The notes under the pieces are model-generated. The model saw only the letters and a list, made by a program, of their open reading frames with translations, ran no database searches and had not been told where the DNA came from. DNA of 64,000 bases from an uncultured Bacteroidia bacterium (lineage in GTDB: Bacteria > Bacteroidota > Bacteroidia > Bacteroidales > F082), in contig CADCJT010000005.1 of NCBI GenBank assembly GCA_902801815.1, positions 38,099 to 102,098 of the forward strand. Reading direction: 5' to 3'. This document shows positions 9,033-17,881 of the stretch, piece by piece; position 1 is the first letter of the stretch, and every line of letters begins with the position of its first letter. Made by a program: the position numbers and the translations under genes.

Positions 9033-10832
9033 ATGAAAAAAACACTATTCGTTCTCATTGCAGCATTGGCACTGGGTGTCATGAGCTGCGACCGCACCAT
9101 CCCTCGTGTCGATGTCGTGATCATCAATCACGGGCAGATGCAATTCTACAACCATGCGACACAGAAACTGACGCCGTATGAAGCCGAAACCGACAGCGTG
9201 GTCAACGTCTTATTCGACAAGAGCGACCATCTGTTCTATACGGCAGCCCATCAGCAAGCCTTGACGCTGAAGTCCCTCGATCTTACGGAATCCCATCCGC
9301 AACCCAAGGTATGCGCCAGCTGGAAGCTGACGTTGGATCAGATTACGGATTGGGTGTACGGAACGGGTGCCGAGGGTATGTTCTTGGATGAAGCCCTGGA
9401 AAACCTCTATTTGATGCGGGGTAGCTTCGAGGATGACGATCCTATCTATGCAGAGGCCTTCAATATCGCTTCTGGCACCAAAAAGGAATTGTCGTTCGAG
9501 GAATATGAACCTATCAGCGGCTTAAGCATCGCACTAGACCATTTCTATAGCGAACAAGAGAAGTTCTATTATGCGACTCCTGAAGGCAAAGTGTGCCTCA
9601 ACGATCAAATCGATATCCGTAGCGATAACCATGACAAGTTTGCATGGGGAGACGTGGAGTACCTTCCGGTAAAGATGAGTCAGGATGGAAAGAAGATTGT
9701 GTTTGAATATACCTATGAGGTAGAAGGAGGTTATGGACGATACTGTGTTGCCGACAGCGACGGACAGCATCAAACGTTGCTGAAAGATTCGAATATGTGG
9801 ACCATATCTCCCGAGTGGCTCGCCGATGGCTCCATGATCTATGTCGGAGGAGAACCCAGACCGGAAAGCGACCCGGATTACGATGCTGAATGGAACACGA
9901 CCCGTTATTGCATCAAGATCATCGATCCTCAAGGCGCGACTTCTTTGGTGGCTTCCGATGCCGAAGTTTATTATGTCAATCCGGTCGAGCCATTGAAGCC
10001 AAGAGAGAAACAAAACTCCATGTATGGCTGCGATATGGCCATCGTCGACAACGGAAAGTTGACGTTATACAACTCCACTGACAACACCTTCGTCCCCATG
10101 GTGATCGAAAAGGATCGCGTGGTCAGCGCCACCTTCGTCGAGGAAGACTGCTTGTATTACACCGTTGCGATTGGCGATAGACTCTATCTGAAAACGTTAT
10201 ATACGGCATCCTTCATGGGACCCTACATGGTCACCGACTGGGACCTGAAACTGGGCGATTGCTACTCGGAAAACTGCGGAATGGTTTCACCGATGCATCA
10301 TGTTATCGCAAAATCTGCCGACGACCCCTATGGTGTCCTGTTGGTCGGAATAGATTGTGGCTTGGATGAGGATTTGTGCGTGTTCAGTGGCGTCAAATAC
10401 TATAACAACGAAAGCGGTGTGATAACAGACTACTGGCCCGCAGAATACAACACCGACGATGAGTTTGCGGAGCGTGAAAAACTTATGAAAGAATTGAAGC
10501 TGAAGAACTTGTCAAGGTTCGATCTCAACATCCCTTCAGAGGTTGAGGAAAACAAACTGGAAGTGTATTCCATCTCGCCGTCCCACGATTGCATCGCCTA
10601 CGCCTATTATACGGAATTGGGCCCCAAAGGAGGAAGTGGCCCGCTTTGCTTCGCCACGGTCGATGGCAAGATGAAGATGGCCTTGGAAGGCACCGACGTC
10701 CAGAACATGTATTATGGATGGCTGAGCGACGGTCGACTGGCCTATTCCGACAAAGAAGGCATCAAGGCTGTTGCCGCTGATGGCACCATCACGAAGATTT
10801 CGGATGGCAAAATATTCGTAACCGTACATTGA
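9033..10832 (+). CDS. Lipoprotein, family member 4 (two modules fused; closest paralog of 6076-7863)
   Basis: Start moved to MKKTLFVLIAALALGVMSC (ATG 9033), which gives a lipobox. The ORF-track start at 8982 would overlap the previous gene. Module 2 starts at YGCDMAIVDNGKLTLYNS. Confidence 0.75.
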   Translation: MKKTLFVLIAALALGVMSCDRTIPRVDVVIINHGQMQFYNHATQKLTPYEAETDSVVNVLFDKSDHLFYTAAHQQALTLKSLDLTESHPQPKVCASWKLTLDQITDWVYGTGAEGMFLDEALENLYLMRGSFEDDDPIYAEAFNIASGTKKELSFEEYEPISGLSIALDHFYSEQEKFYYATPEGKVCLNDQIDIRSDNHDKFAWGDVEYLPVKMSQDGKKIVFEYTYEVEGGYGRYCVADSDGQHQTLLKDSNMWTISPEWLADGSMIYVGGEPRPESDPDYDAEWNTTRYCIKIIDPQGATSLVASDAEVYYVNPVEPLKPREKQNSMYGCDMAIVDNGKLTLYNSTDNTFVPMVIEKDRVVSATFVEEDCLYYTVAIGDRLYLKTLYTASFMGPYMVTDWDLKLGDCYSENCGMVSPMHHVIAKSADDPYGVLLVGIDCGLDEDLCVFSGVKYYNNESGVITDYWPAEYNTDDEFAEREKLMKELKLKNLSRFDLNIPSEVEENKLEVYSISPSHDCIAYAYYTELGPKGGSGPLCFATVDGKMKMALEGTDVQNMYYGWLSDGRLAYSDKEGIKAVAADGTITKISDGKIFVTVH

Positions 10833-10859
10833 AAAACAAACCTTAAATAATAATTAAAA

Positions 10860-11864
10860 ATGAAAAAAACATTCATTCTATTCATGATCGCCGCAGCGTT
10901 CGTAATGATGGGCTGCGACAACACTCAAAAAACCAACAATGCAAACCTGACCCAAGCTGAAGAGGTCGTCACCCTCAAGGGCTGCGACATGGCCGTCTTC
11001 GACAACGGAAAGGTGACGTTCTACAATTCATCCACTGACAAGTTTGTCCCGTTCGCCGACGAAAAGGATAACGTGATCAGCGGTGTTTTCAGCGATGAAA
11101 ACGAGTTTTATTACACTGTCTCGGTCAATGACGAGCTCTATCTGAAAAAGGTCGATCTCTCTGCTGACCAACCTGCTCCGGTCCAGATTGTCGATTGGGG
11201 ACTGAAGCTGAACGACTGTGTCGTCGACAGTTGCGAAAAGTGCGCATCAATGGTCTATTATTATATTGATGTCCCATTTGTCGGTATTGAATATAACATG
11301 GGCGAGATGTGCAAGGGTTTCATAGATAATAAATACTATATGATTGAAGGACAAACCCTGAGTGACGGCTGGCCGGAAGGCGTGGATGAGGGTATGGTTG
11401 CGTATCAGAATTTCATTGATAACGTGCATTTCATTGCTTTGCCCATCGAAGAAGGTGGAGAGGAGAAGCGTTACTATTACTGCGATGTAGATTTTGCCGT
11501 GTATCCTGAGGAAGAGTTGCCTAATCATCTGGTCTGCATCAGCGACAAAATCAATTTCCATGAAGGTAAATACGAGGGATATGAAGGCCAACCCGAGTTC
11601 ACGTACCTTGACCTCAGCCCCGAATCCGATTGCGTGGCATACGCTGCCATTATGGAATGGGGTCGCGGCGGCCGTGGTCCGCTGTGCTTCGCCACGCTCG
11701 ACGGCAAGGTGCAGAAGCTGTTGGCCTACGATGCTTGCTACGGATGGCTGAACAATAACAAGCTGGCTTTCTCCGACGACGAAGGCATCAAGACAATTGC
11801 TCCCGATGGTACCATCACGAAACTCTGCCCTGGCAGTAGGTTCGTGACCGTCAATGGGGAATGA
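10860..11864 (+). CDS. Lipoprotein, family member 5 (single B-type module)
   Basis: Lipobox VMMGC. Motifs GCDMAVFDNGKVTFYNSS, DELYLKKVDL, PLCFATLDGKVQ, EGIKTIAPDGTITKL. Confidence 0.72.
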   Translation: MKKTFILFMIAAAFVMMGCDNTQKTNNANLTQAEEVVTLKGCDMAVFDNGKVTFYNSSTDKFVPFADEKDNVISGVFSDENEFYYTVSVNDELYLKKVDLSADQPAPVQIVDWGLKLNDCVVDSCEKCASMVYYYIDVPFVGIEYNMGEMCKGFIDNKYYMIEGQTLSDGWPEGVDEGMVAYQNFIDNVHFIALPIEEGGEEKRYYYCDVDFAVYPEEELPNHLVCISDKINFHEGKYEGYEGQPEFTYLDLSPESDCVAYAAIMEWGRGGRGPLCFATLDGKVQKLLAYDACYGWLNNNKLAFSDDEGIKTIAPDGTITKLCPGSRFVTVNGE

Positions 11865-11883
11865 ACCAATAAAAGAGGTTGAC

Positions 11884-12873
11884 ATGAAAAAGACTCTATT
11901 GCTTCTCTTTGCCGTCCTGGCGTTTGGACTGTCGGGTTGCGACCGCAATCCGTTCCCTACCCAGACCAAAACGTCAGATGCTGTTGCTCCTCTTAAGGGC
12001 TGCGACATGGCTATCTTTGACGACGGAAAGGTGACCTTCTTCAACTCACGCACGAACTCGCTTATTCCTTTCGCTGACGAGCAGGATCGTGTAATCAAAG
12101 GCGTTTTCCTCAACGAAAACGAGTTTTATTACACCGTCGTGATTGATGATGAGCTCTATCTGAAAAAGGTCGACCTCTTGGCTTCTCATCCCGCTCCAGT
12201 CATGCTCACGGACTGGGACCTGAAACTCAGTGATTGCTTCGATGACAATTGCGGTTATGCCCCTATGTTGAGGTACTCCAACGTCCCGATGATTGGAATT
12301 CAGCATAACTTGGAAGAGATGTACTGCGAGTTTGTGGATGACAGATACTATCTGCCAGACGATAATACGAAGAGCGAAGGATGGCCCGATGATGTCAACA
12401 TGGGCGACGGCGCCGACGAGCAGGAGATTCAGCTTTTGAACGACCAAGACCTGTTCAAACAAGTAGATGTGGAGGTGGAAGGTGCCGACGAGGACAAGAG
12501 TTACTATTACTATGTTCCGGATGAGTCGAGTGATGAGCGAATCTGCATCAGCGACAAGATCGACTTTGATAGCTTCAAAGGTGAGTATTCTTATGAGCCT
12601 CAGTTTGAACTTCTTGGGTTGAACCCTCAGCGTAACTGCGTTGTCTACGGTGCGGCTGTTGACTTTGGTCATGTCGGCTACGGACCGCTTTGCTTCGCCA
12701 CGCTCGACGGCAAGGTTCAGAAGGCTTTGTGCTACGATTATAATGGTGCTTGTTTTGGCTGGCTGGCCAACGGCAAACTGGCTTATTTCGGTAATGACGG
12801 CATCTATGTGGTTTCGCCCGATGGGACGGAGCAAAAGATTGCGTCACCCCATGAGTTTGTGACCAGCTATTAG
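11884..12873 (+). CDS. Lipoprotein, family member 6 (single B-type module)
   Basis: Start set at MKKTLLLLFAVLAFGLSGC (ATG 11884). Motifs GCDMAIFDDGKVTFFNS, DELYLKKVDL, PLCFATLDGKVQ. Confidence 0.72.
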   Translation: MKKTLLLLFAVLAFGLSGCDRNPFPTQTKTSDAVAPLKGCDMAIFDDGKVTFFNSRTNSLIPFADEQDRVIKGVFLNENEFYYTVVIDDELYLKKVDLLASHPAPVMLTDWDLKLSDCFDDNCGYAPMLRYSNVPMIGIQHNLEEMYCEFVDDRYYLPDDNTKSEGWPDDVNMGDGADEQEIQLLNDQDLFKQVDVEVEGADEDKSYYYYVPDESSDERICISDKIDFDSFKGEYSYEPQFELLGLNPQRNCVVYGAAVDFGHVGYGPLCFATLDGKVQKALCYDYNGACFGWLANGKLAYFGNDGIYVVSPDGTEQKIASPHEFVTSY

Positions 12874-12902
12874 CACTGAATCAACTGGCTTAAAAACAAA
12901 AA

Positions 12903-12928
12903 AACCTCCGCGAAAACGGAGGTTTTTT
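12903..12928. terminator. Rho-independent, bidirectional terminator (CCTCCG-cgaaaa-CGGAGG flanked by an A-run and a T-run)
   Basis: Hairpin plus TTTTTT read directly. It ends the lipoprotein array and abuts the tRNA 3' end. Confidence 0.8.
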
Positions 12929-12929
12929 G

Positions 12930-13000
12930 TTGCCCAACCAGGATTCGAACCTAGACTAACTGATCCAGAGTCAGTTGTGCTGCCATTACACCATTGGGCA
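12930..13000 (-). tRNA. tRNA-Gln (anticodon CUG)
   Basis: The reverse complement TGCCCAATGGTGTAATGGCAGCACAACTGACTCTGGATCAGTTAGTCTAGGTTCGAATCCTGGTTGGGCAA folds by hand. It gives a 7-bp acceptor stem, anticodon stem ACTGA/TCAGT with loop CTCTGGA, and T arm CTAGG-TTCGAAT-CCTGG. No CCA is encoded. Confidence 0.9.
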
Positions 13001-13013
13001 TCCAAATCGGCTG

Positions 13014-13021
13014 CAAAAATA
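13014..13021 (-). promoter_or_regulatory. -7 box TATTTTTG (minus strand) driving tRNA-Gln
   Basis: The reverse complement of CAAAAATA lies 14 nt upstream of the mature tRNA 5' end. Confidence 0.55.
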
Positions 13022-13112
13022 CGCTTTTTTTGAATGTTGCAACTAAAAACGAGGATTTTTTTTTCGATTTTTTTTGCTTGGCGAGAATGGAGGCGGGATA
13101 AGCCCCTCATTC

Positions 13113-13901
13113 TCAGTATTTGTTGAAACGCGATCCCCAATTGTACGACAGCATGAAGGTGACAAAGAGCCAGCGGTCGCGTTCCGAGTCGATGATGGAG
13201 ACGCCCATGGGGAAGCACTCTACCTTGACGTCGACGTTGATGGCTTGCACCGAGGTGCGCGACTTGGCGAAGTCGAAGCTGAGACCCAACGAGGCATGGG
13301 CGCCAGGCGAGAGCTTGCTCTCGCCAAGGCCTTTGGTGAAAGCCGATCGTCCCAGGATGTCGATGCCTTGCTCGAAGGTCTGCTCTTGCACCGACTCCAC
13401 ATAGCCACCCGAGCCGTTGGGGATGTAGGTGACCACTTGGTAATAATAGGGCTTGAGCCAAGCCAACGATGCGCCAAATTCGTAGGTCCAGCGCGTCTCG
13501 ATGCCGCCCCAATAAGGCTTGCCGAAGATGCGCCGCTCCTCGCCGTAGCCGAAGCGGGCCACGTAGACGTAGTTCAGCTTACCATAGACGAAAGGACGCA
13601 TGTTGACGGTGGAGATGTTCAAGGTCTTGATCTCCTTGAGCGAGCGCAGCGACACCACCTCGGCCTCCCAGTTGCGCGTCAGGTTGATGCTCTTGATGCG
13701 CCCTATCTTGAATCCCGCGCCGAAGCCCCGCGAGTGGATGGCCACGTTGAAGGTGTTCTGGTGGTTGTAGACCAACTTCTCCTCCAAGGGCTTGTCGTCA
13801 TCGCTCTGGATGTCGATGTTTTGCGCAGGCAACAAAAAAGCGCACGCTCCGAAAAGCGTGAGCATGAGGATGCGCAATAGGCGTTGTTTGAGGGCAGTCA
13901 T
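13113..13901 (-). CDS. Hypothetical outer-membrane beta-barrel-like protein
   Basis: 262 aa. Signal peptide MTALKQRLLRILMLTLFGACAFLLPAQ, alternating beta-strand pattern, aromatic C-terminus ...RFNKY. Confidence 0.5.
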   Translation of the reverse strand: MTALKQRLLRILMLTLFGACAFLLPAQNIDIQSDDDKPLEEKLVYNHQNTFNVAIHSRGFGAGFKIGRIKSINLTRNWEAEVVSLRSLKEIKTLNISTVNMRPFVYGKLNYVYVARFGYGEERRIFGKPYWGGIETRWTYEFGASLAWLKPYYYQVVTYIPNGSGGYVESVQEQTFEQGIDILGRSAFTKGLGESKLSPGAHASLGLSFDFAKSRTSVQAINVDVKVECFPMGVSIIDSERDRWLFVTFMLSYNWGSRFNKY

Positions 13902-13924
13902 GGCATTGGGTTATATGTATCACA

Positions 13925-13970
13925 GGTCCCTGAGCCCTGAGCCCGTCGAAGGGCCGAAGGGCCGTGCACC
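13925..13970. repeat. Solo/half copy of the CCCTGAGCCCGTCGAAGGGCC element (same family as the ptrB insertion at 62238-62295)
   Basis: GGTCCCTGAGCCCTGAGCCCGTCGAAGGGCCGAAGGGCC read directly in the intergenic region. Confidence 0.6.
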
Positions 13971-14163
13971 CAACACCTAAATTAATAGCGCGTCTCCTTG
14001 ATGTATTTTGACGATTCGCCGTAGGCCGGGCAGGTTTTGCTTGACCCACAAGAAGTCAGGATAATGCCTGAGACAAAGGCGATTAACAGGGCGATGACAA
14101 GTTTTCTCTTCATAGAAATCAAATTTGATTTGCAAAGTAACGCATTTTTCTCCGAAAAATTGC

Positions 14164-14171
14164 CATCTTTG
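14164..14171 (+). promoter_or_regulatory. Imperfect -7 box CATCTTTG upstream of ung
   Basis: 17 nt before ATG 14188. One mismatch to TAnnTTTG. Confidence 0.35.
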
Positions 14172-14187
14172 CAGAAAAATTAAAGAA

Positions 14188-14865
14188 ATGGAAGTAAAGA
14201 AACCCAATATCGACGAAAGCTGGTACCAAGTGCTGCGGCCGCAGTTCGAGGCACCCTATTTCGCCGACCTCAAGTCGTTCCTCGTGAGCGAGAAGCGGCA
14301 GTATGCCGTCTATCCCCCTGGTCCTTTGATCTTCAACGCCTTCAACCTCACGCCTTTCGACAAGGTGAAGGTGGTCATCTTGGGTCAGGACCCGTACCAC
14401 GGCCCGGGACAGGCCCACGGCCTCTCGTTCTCGGTGCCCGACGGCGTGCCTTTCCCGCCCAGCCTGCAGAACATCTTCAAGGAGCTGCACGACGACCTCG
14501 GCGTGCCTATGGCGCGCTCTGGCAACCTCGAGAAGTGGGCTAGGGAAGGGGTGCTGCTCCTCAACGCCTCGCTGACGGTGCGCGCCGGACAGGCCGCCTC
14601 GCACTCGCGCCACGGCTGGGAACAGTTCACCGACGCCGCCATCCGCGCCCTGTCGGAGCAACGCGAGCACCTCGTCTTCATCCTCTGGGGCAACTACGCC
14701 ATCGCCAAGCAGGCCCTGATCGACCCGTTCAAACACTTGATACTGAAGTCAGTGCACCCGTCGCCCCTCTCCGCCAGCCGCGGCTTCTTCGGGTGTCATC
14801 ATTTTTCGCAAACGAATAATTATTTGATACAACACGGAATAGAACCTATTGACTGGAGTTTATAA
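14188..14865 (+). CDS. ung: Uracil-DNA glycosylase
   Basis: Start set at [12 protein letters not shown]. Motifs [22 protein letters not shown] and HPSPLSA. Confidence 0.93.
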   Translation: MEVKKPNIDESWYQVLRPQFEAPYFADLKSFLVSEKRQYAVYPPGPLIFNAFNLTPFDKVKVVILGQDPYHGPGQAHGLSFSVPDGVPFPPSLQNIFKELHDDLGVPMARSGNLEKWAREGVLLLNASLTVRAGQAASHSRHGWEQFTDAAIRALSEQREHLVFILWGNYAIAKQALIDPFKHLILKSVHPSPLSASRGFFGCHHFSQTNNYLIQHGIEPIDWSL

Positions 14866-15024
14866 TGGGATTGCTTCGCAAGAAATCTTTAAAAAATCGA
14901 AAATAAAATCGATCAAAAATCTCTTTTCTACGTCTTTTTACTATGGTGGTGTTTTTGAAAGATTTTAAAAATGATTTTTGATAGATTTCTTGTCCGTAGG
15001 ACAATTCCCCAAAACAAAAGAAAA

Positions 15025-15606
15025 ATGAAACAAATCGTATTTGCCACCAATAATAAGAACAAACTGCGCGAGATGCGCGAAATCATGGAGGGCCTCTACG
15101 AGGTCCTGAGCCTCGACGACATCGGCTGCCACGACGACATTGTCGAAGACGCCGACACCATCGAAGGCAACGCCAAGATCAAGGCGGACTTCGTCACCAA
15201 CAAGTACCATGTGGACTGTTTCTCCGACGACTCCGGCCTTGAAGTGGAGGCCTTGGGCGGCGCCCCAGGCGTCTATTCGGCCCGTTATGCCGGTGAGCAT
15301 TGTACCTATCAGGACAACGTCGACAAGATGTTGGCGGCCATGAAGGGCCAGACCAACCGCAAGGCGGCCTTCCGCACCTGCATCGCGCTGAACCTGGATG
15401 GGAAATCCTATTTCTTCGAAGGCCGTTGCGATGGTCGCATCACTGAGGAGCAACGCGGCACCGATGGCTTCGGCTACGACCCCATCTTCCAGCCCGACGG
15501 CTACGAGCAGACCTTCGCCGAACTGGGCCACGAAGTGAAAAACGCCATCAGCCACCGTGGCAAGGCCACGCGTAAGCTGATCGCGTTTTTGAAGGACTTG
15601 GGTTGA
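15025..15606 (+). CDS. rdgB: dITP/XTP pyrophosphatase (non-canonical purine NTP pyrophosphatase)
   Basis: Start set at MKQIVFATNNKNKLREM. Motifs SDDSGLEVEALGGAPGVYSARYAG, FGYDPIF, ISHRGKA. Confidence 0.9.
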   Translation: MKQIVFATNNKNKLREMREIMEGLYEVLSLDDIGCHDDIVEDADTIEGNAKIKADFVTNKYHVDCFSDDSGLEVEALGGAPGVYSARYAGEHCTYQDNVDKMLAAMKGQTNRKAAFRTCIALNLDGKSYFFEGRCDGRITEEQRGTDGFGYDPIFQPDGYEQTFAELGHEVKNAISHRGKATRKLIAFLKDLG

Positions 15607-15802
15607 GTCGTAAACACAAAAGAAGGCATCCGTCATTCATAGTCAACCGGTCGGTAGTGCGCCGTGCGGCCTAAGCCGTACATTCGGATGACAACGTGCT
15701 GAGCCTGCGCCGTGCTGTTCATCGTGAACGGGTGCTGCCGGCTCCGGGCAACGATCAGTGGTGGGGGTTCGGTTCGCCCTACAAATGCGGATGCCTTGTG
15801 GT

Positions 15803-16258
15803 TCAGACCAGCTCGGTCTGGAAGTTGAGCGCCTGTATCTCCATGTCGAGTTGGCGCAGCTGTGCGGAGCATTCGTCCACCTTCTTGCCGATGGCTTTCA
15901 CGTCGACCACGGTCACCGTCTTGATCTCCGAGCGCGAGTAGCGGTCCTGTCCCGCCGAGGCGGTGTCGAAGATGCTGCGCAGGTTGCTGACACGCATGGT
16001 CAGCACGTCCTTGCGGGCCATGAGTTGGGTGAGGGTGACGCCCTGGGCGTTGGTGGTCTTCATGTTGGTGGCGTTGATGCGCCAGATGAGGTCTTCGAGC
16101 TGCGTGAGGCAGGCGTCGAGTTCCTTCATCAGCTCCGTGGGCTCTTCCGAAGGCGCGTCGCCTTCCTGCACCTTCACGTTGTTTTGTATGCGCTGTCCCA
16201 GCTGTTGGATGCGCTTTTGCAGGTCTTTCCTGATGCTTAATGCTTCTGCGAGTTTCAT
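15803..16258 (-). CDS. DIP1984-family (septicolysin-like) protein
   Basis: Start set at MKLAEALSIRKDLQKRIQQL. KVQEGDAPSEEP and DRYSRSEIKTVTVVDV match my recollection of this family. The N-terminal extension in the ORF track was rejected. Confidence 0.7.
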   Translation of the reverse strand: MKLAEALSIRKDLQKRIQQLGQRIQNNVKVQEGDAPSEEPTELMKELDACLTQLEDLIWRINATNMKTTNAQGVTLTQLMARKDVLTMRVSNLRSIFDTASAGQDRYSRSEIKTVTVVDVKAIGKKVDECSAQLRQLDMEIQALNFQTELV

Positions 16259-16370
16259 AGGGGATGGATTTAACTCCGTTGATTCTTCGAATTTGGCGCA
16301 AAGATAAGAAAAAACTGGGAAAGGGGAACGTTCTAGCTTTGTGGTTTGTGGCCGCATTTTGTGCCCCAAA

Positions 16371-16409
16371 CCTTGCGGGTTGAGAAAAATGTTGTATTTT
16401 TGCAGCCAG
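16371..16409 (+). promoter_or_regulatory. Promoter cassette copy P0 (CCTTGCGGGTT-GAGAAAAATGTTGTATTTTTGCAGCCAG; -7 box TATTTTTG at 16395-16402)
   Basis: Shares CCTTGCGGGTT...GAAAA.GTTGTA.TTTTGCAG with the cassettes at 31291, 31743 and 31939. Confidence 0.5.
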
Positions 16410-16568
16410 AAATAAGTCAGGAATCAGGTATGACCTTCCGAAAGTCCGCGCGGAGGCCTATCGTTTCAGTGCGACTTACCTCCTGCATTCTGCGGCAACA
16501 CTACGGGTGGAAATCGGGATGAGAGAACACCGACAACAGGACTCTTAAGATTTCCATCCGTTTTTGTT
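16408..16568 (+). ncRNA. Candidate ~160-nt small RNA (unclassified)
   Basis: Begins just after the -7 box. Ends with an 11-bp stem GGGTGGAAATC (16505-16515) / GATTTCCATCC (16549-16559) followed by GTTTTTGTT. No ORF. Confidence 0.3.
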
Positions 16569-16632
16569 ATGTCTTAATGACCGTGATGCAATACTGCACT
16601 TTATCGTTTGTCCATCCTTGCGTTGGCATGGA

Positions 16633-16690
16633 CCAGCAGCCATGTCATGCCAACGCGGGCAAGTGCGTGGATGGGCATCTATGGCTGCGG
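16633..16690 (-). repeat. GC-rich palindromic ~57-bp repeat, full copy (inverted orientation)
   Basis: CCAGCAGCCATGTCATGCC...GGGCATCTATGGCTGCGG is the reverse complement of the GCAGCCATAGAT...CATGACATGGCTGCTG family. Confidence 0.8.
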
Positions 16691-17045
16691 CATTTTTTCC
16701 TTCCTTTTCCTTGATGAAAAGTAAGCGAAAAATCAAGGCCGCCTCCATCGGACCTCCCCGCGGCTGTCTAAACGCCTGACTTTCAGGTCGGGTAGTGCCT
16801 ATCGGCAAACGCAAGCGCCCCTCTGTGAAAGTCAACCGTTTAGCCATCCCTTGCGGGCGCTTCCCCGCCCGGCGGCCCCGCCTCCCCGCCCAACCCAGCT
16901 GAGTTTTGGCATTCCCGCTCGTGGCATACGGGCGGGAAACAGCACTCCAACGGACAACGCCCTCCCTTTACCCTCATCGCGGACCTCCCCCTTTCAAAGG
17001 GGGTGCCCGAAGGGCGGGGGATTAAGGGTCCGTGATCTCCTAAAG

Positions 17046-17714
17046 TTACCCGATTATTTCCTTATAAAGCATTACCCCTTTCGCCGTCAGCAGGTATTTC
17101 TGCCTTGGATGGCGGGGCGTGTCGGGATATAAAAGACGGACGAAACCTTTTGAAATAGCGGGGTTAAGGTGAACTTTTAAAAAATTGTCTCGTCCCTTAA
17201 GTTCCATACCCATCATCATTTCTTTTACGGATAGTTTCTGATGTCCGATAACTTGTAAAAGACCAATTACATCTGGGCTAACATAACCAAACTTGTCCTG
17301 TACTTGTCCTGCGCTTGTCCCTAACTTATGGGGTACTTGTTCGGGTACTTGTCCTGAACTTATAGGGGTGCTTGTCGGGTCTACTAGATTAGGTTGTCGT
17401 TCAAACTGCCGACCTCTTCTGCATTCTTCTTTATTCACGGATTCAACTCTGGTGTATGTCTGATACTCTTTCCATGCAGTCCTGTTCTTTCGCTTCTTGG
17501 CATAATGCTTGTCAAGTAGGTCAGACACTTCATCCATGGTCAAATCACCTTCGATGTTTTTGCGTGCGAGTTCAAGAAGATAGTCCGACACCTGCAATCC
17601 ATCCACGGCCTGCAGTCCGATGGCCGTACTCCAAGCATAGGCGGCCTCGCGCTGCGCGGGCTCTCCTTGCCGTATATATTCATCGAAGTCTATGTAATGC
17701 TGCTCTTTGGCCAT
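17046..17714 (-). CDS. VbhA-like antitoxin domain fused to a Fic-associated C-terminal wHTH domain; no Fic (HPFxxGNGR) core
   Basis: The N-terminus EPAQREAAYAWSTAIGLQAVDGLQVSDYLLELARKNIEGDLTMDEV resembles VbhA-type Fic inhibitors. The C-terminus has a degenerate QVP repeat plus SVKEMMMGMELKGRDNFLKVHLNPAISKGFVRLLYPDTPRHPRQKYLLTAKG. Confidence 0.55.
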   Translation of the reverse strand: MAKEQHYIDFDEYIRQGEPAQREAAYAWSTAIGLQAVDGLQVSDYLLELARKNIEGDLTMDEVSDLLDKHYAKKRKNRTAWKEYQTYTRVESVNKEECRRGRQFERQPNLVDPTSTPISSGQVPEQVPHKLGTSAGQVQDKFGYVSPDVIGLLQVIGHQKLSVKEMMMGMELKGRDNFLKVHLNPAISKGFVRLLYPDTPRHPRQKYLLTAKGVMLYKEIIG

Positions 17715-17796
17715 GGCGTGTCATCGTGAATCAGGCTTCAAAGATACGAAATTTTGGTGGATTATGGGCGGTTTTTTCTCGTTTTTATTCAAGGCT

Positions 17797-17850
17797 CAGC
17801 AGCCATGTCGTCCTGATGTAGGCAACGACCAGCAGCCATGTCATGCCATC
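17797..17850 (-). repeat. Two truncated tandem copies of the GC-rich palindromic repeat
   Basis: CAGCAGCCATGTCGTCC... and CCAGCAGCCATGTCATGCCATCC read directly. Confidence 0.6.
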
Positions 17851-17881
17851 CTTTCTGCCCATGTCATCCCCACGTTGGCCT

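Noticed and set aside
12844-13880. ORFs 12844-13512 (-) and 13074-13880 (+)
   Set aside because: The first runs through the tRNA-Gln gene and the terminator. The second is antisense to the signal-peptide-bearing 13113-13901 gene.
16430-16460. RNase P RNA-like GAAAGTCCG motif
   Set aside because: Only a 9-nt match to the conserved GGAAAGTCCGGGC region. The candidate transcript (~160 nt) is far too short and lacks the other conserved regions.
16690-17045. GC-rich stretch with ORFs 16851-17132 (+) and 16545-16847 (-)
   Set aside because: The translations are Pro/Arg/Gly-rich nonsense. The region is made of hairpins (for example CCCCCTTTCAAAGGGGG and GCCCGAAGGGC) and repeat fragments, so I treat it as non-coding.
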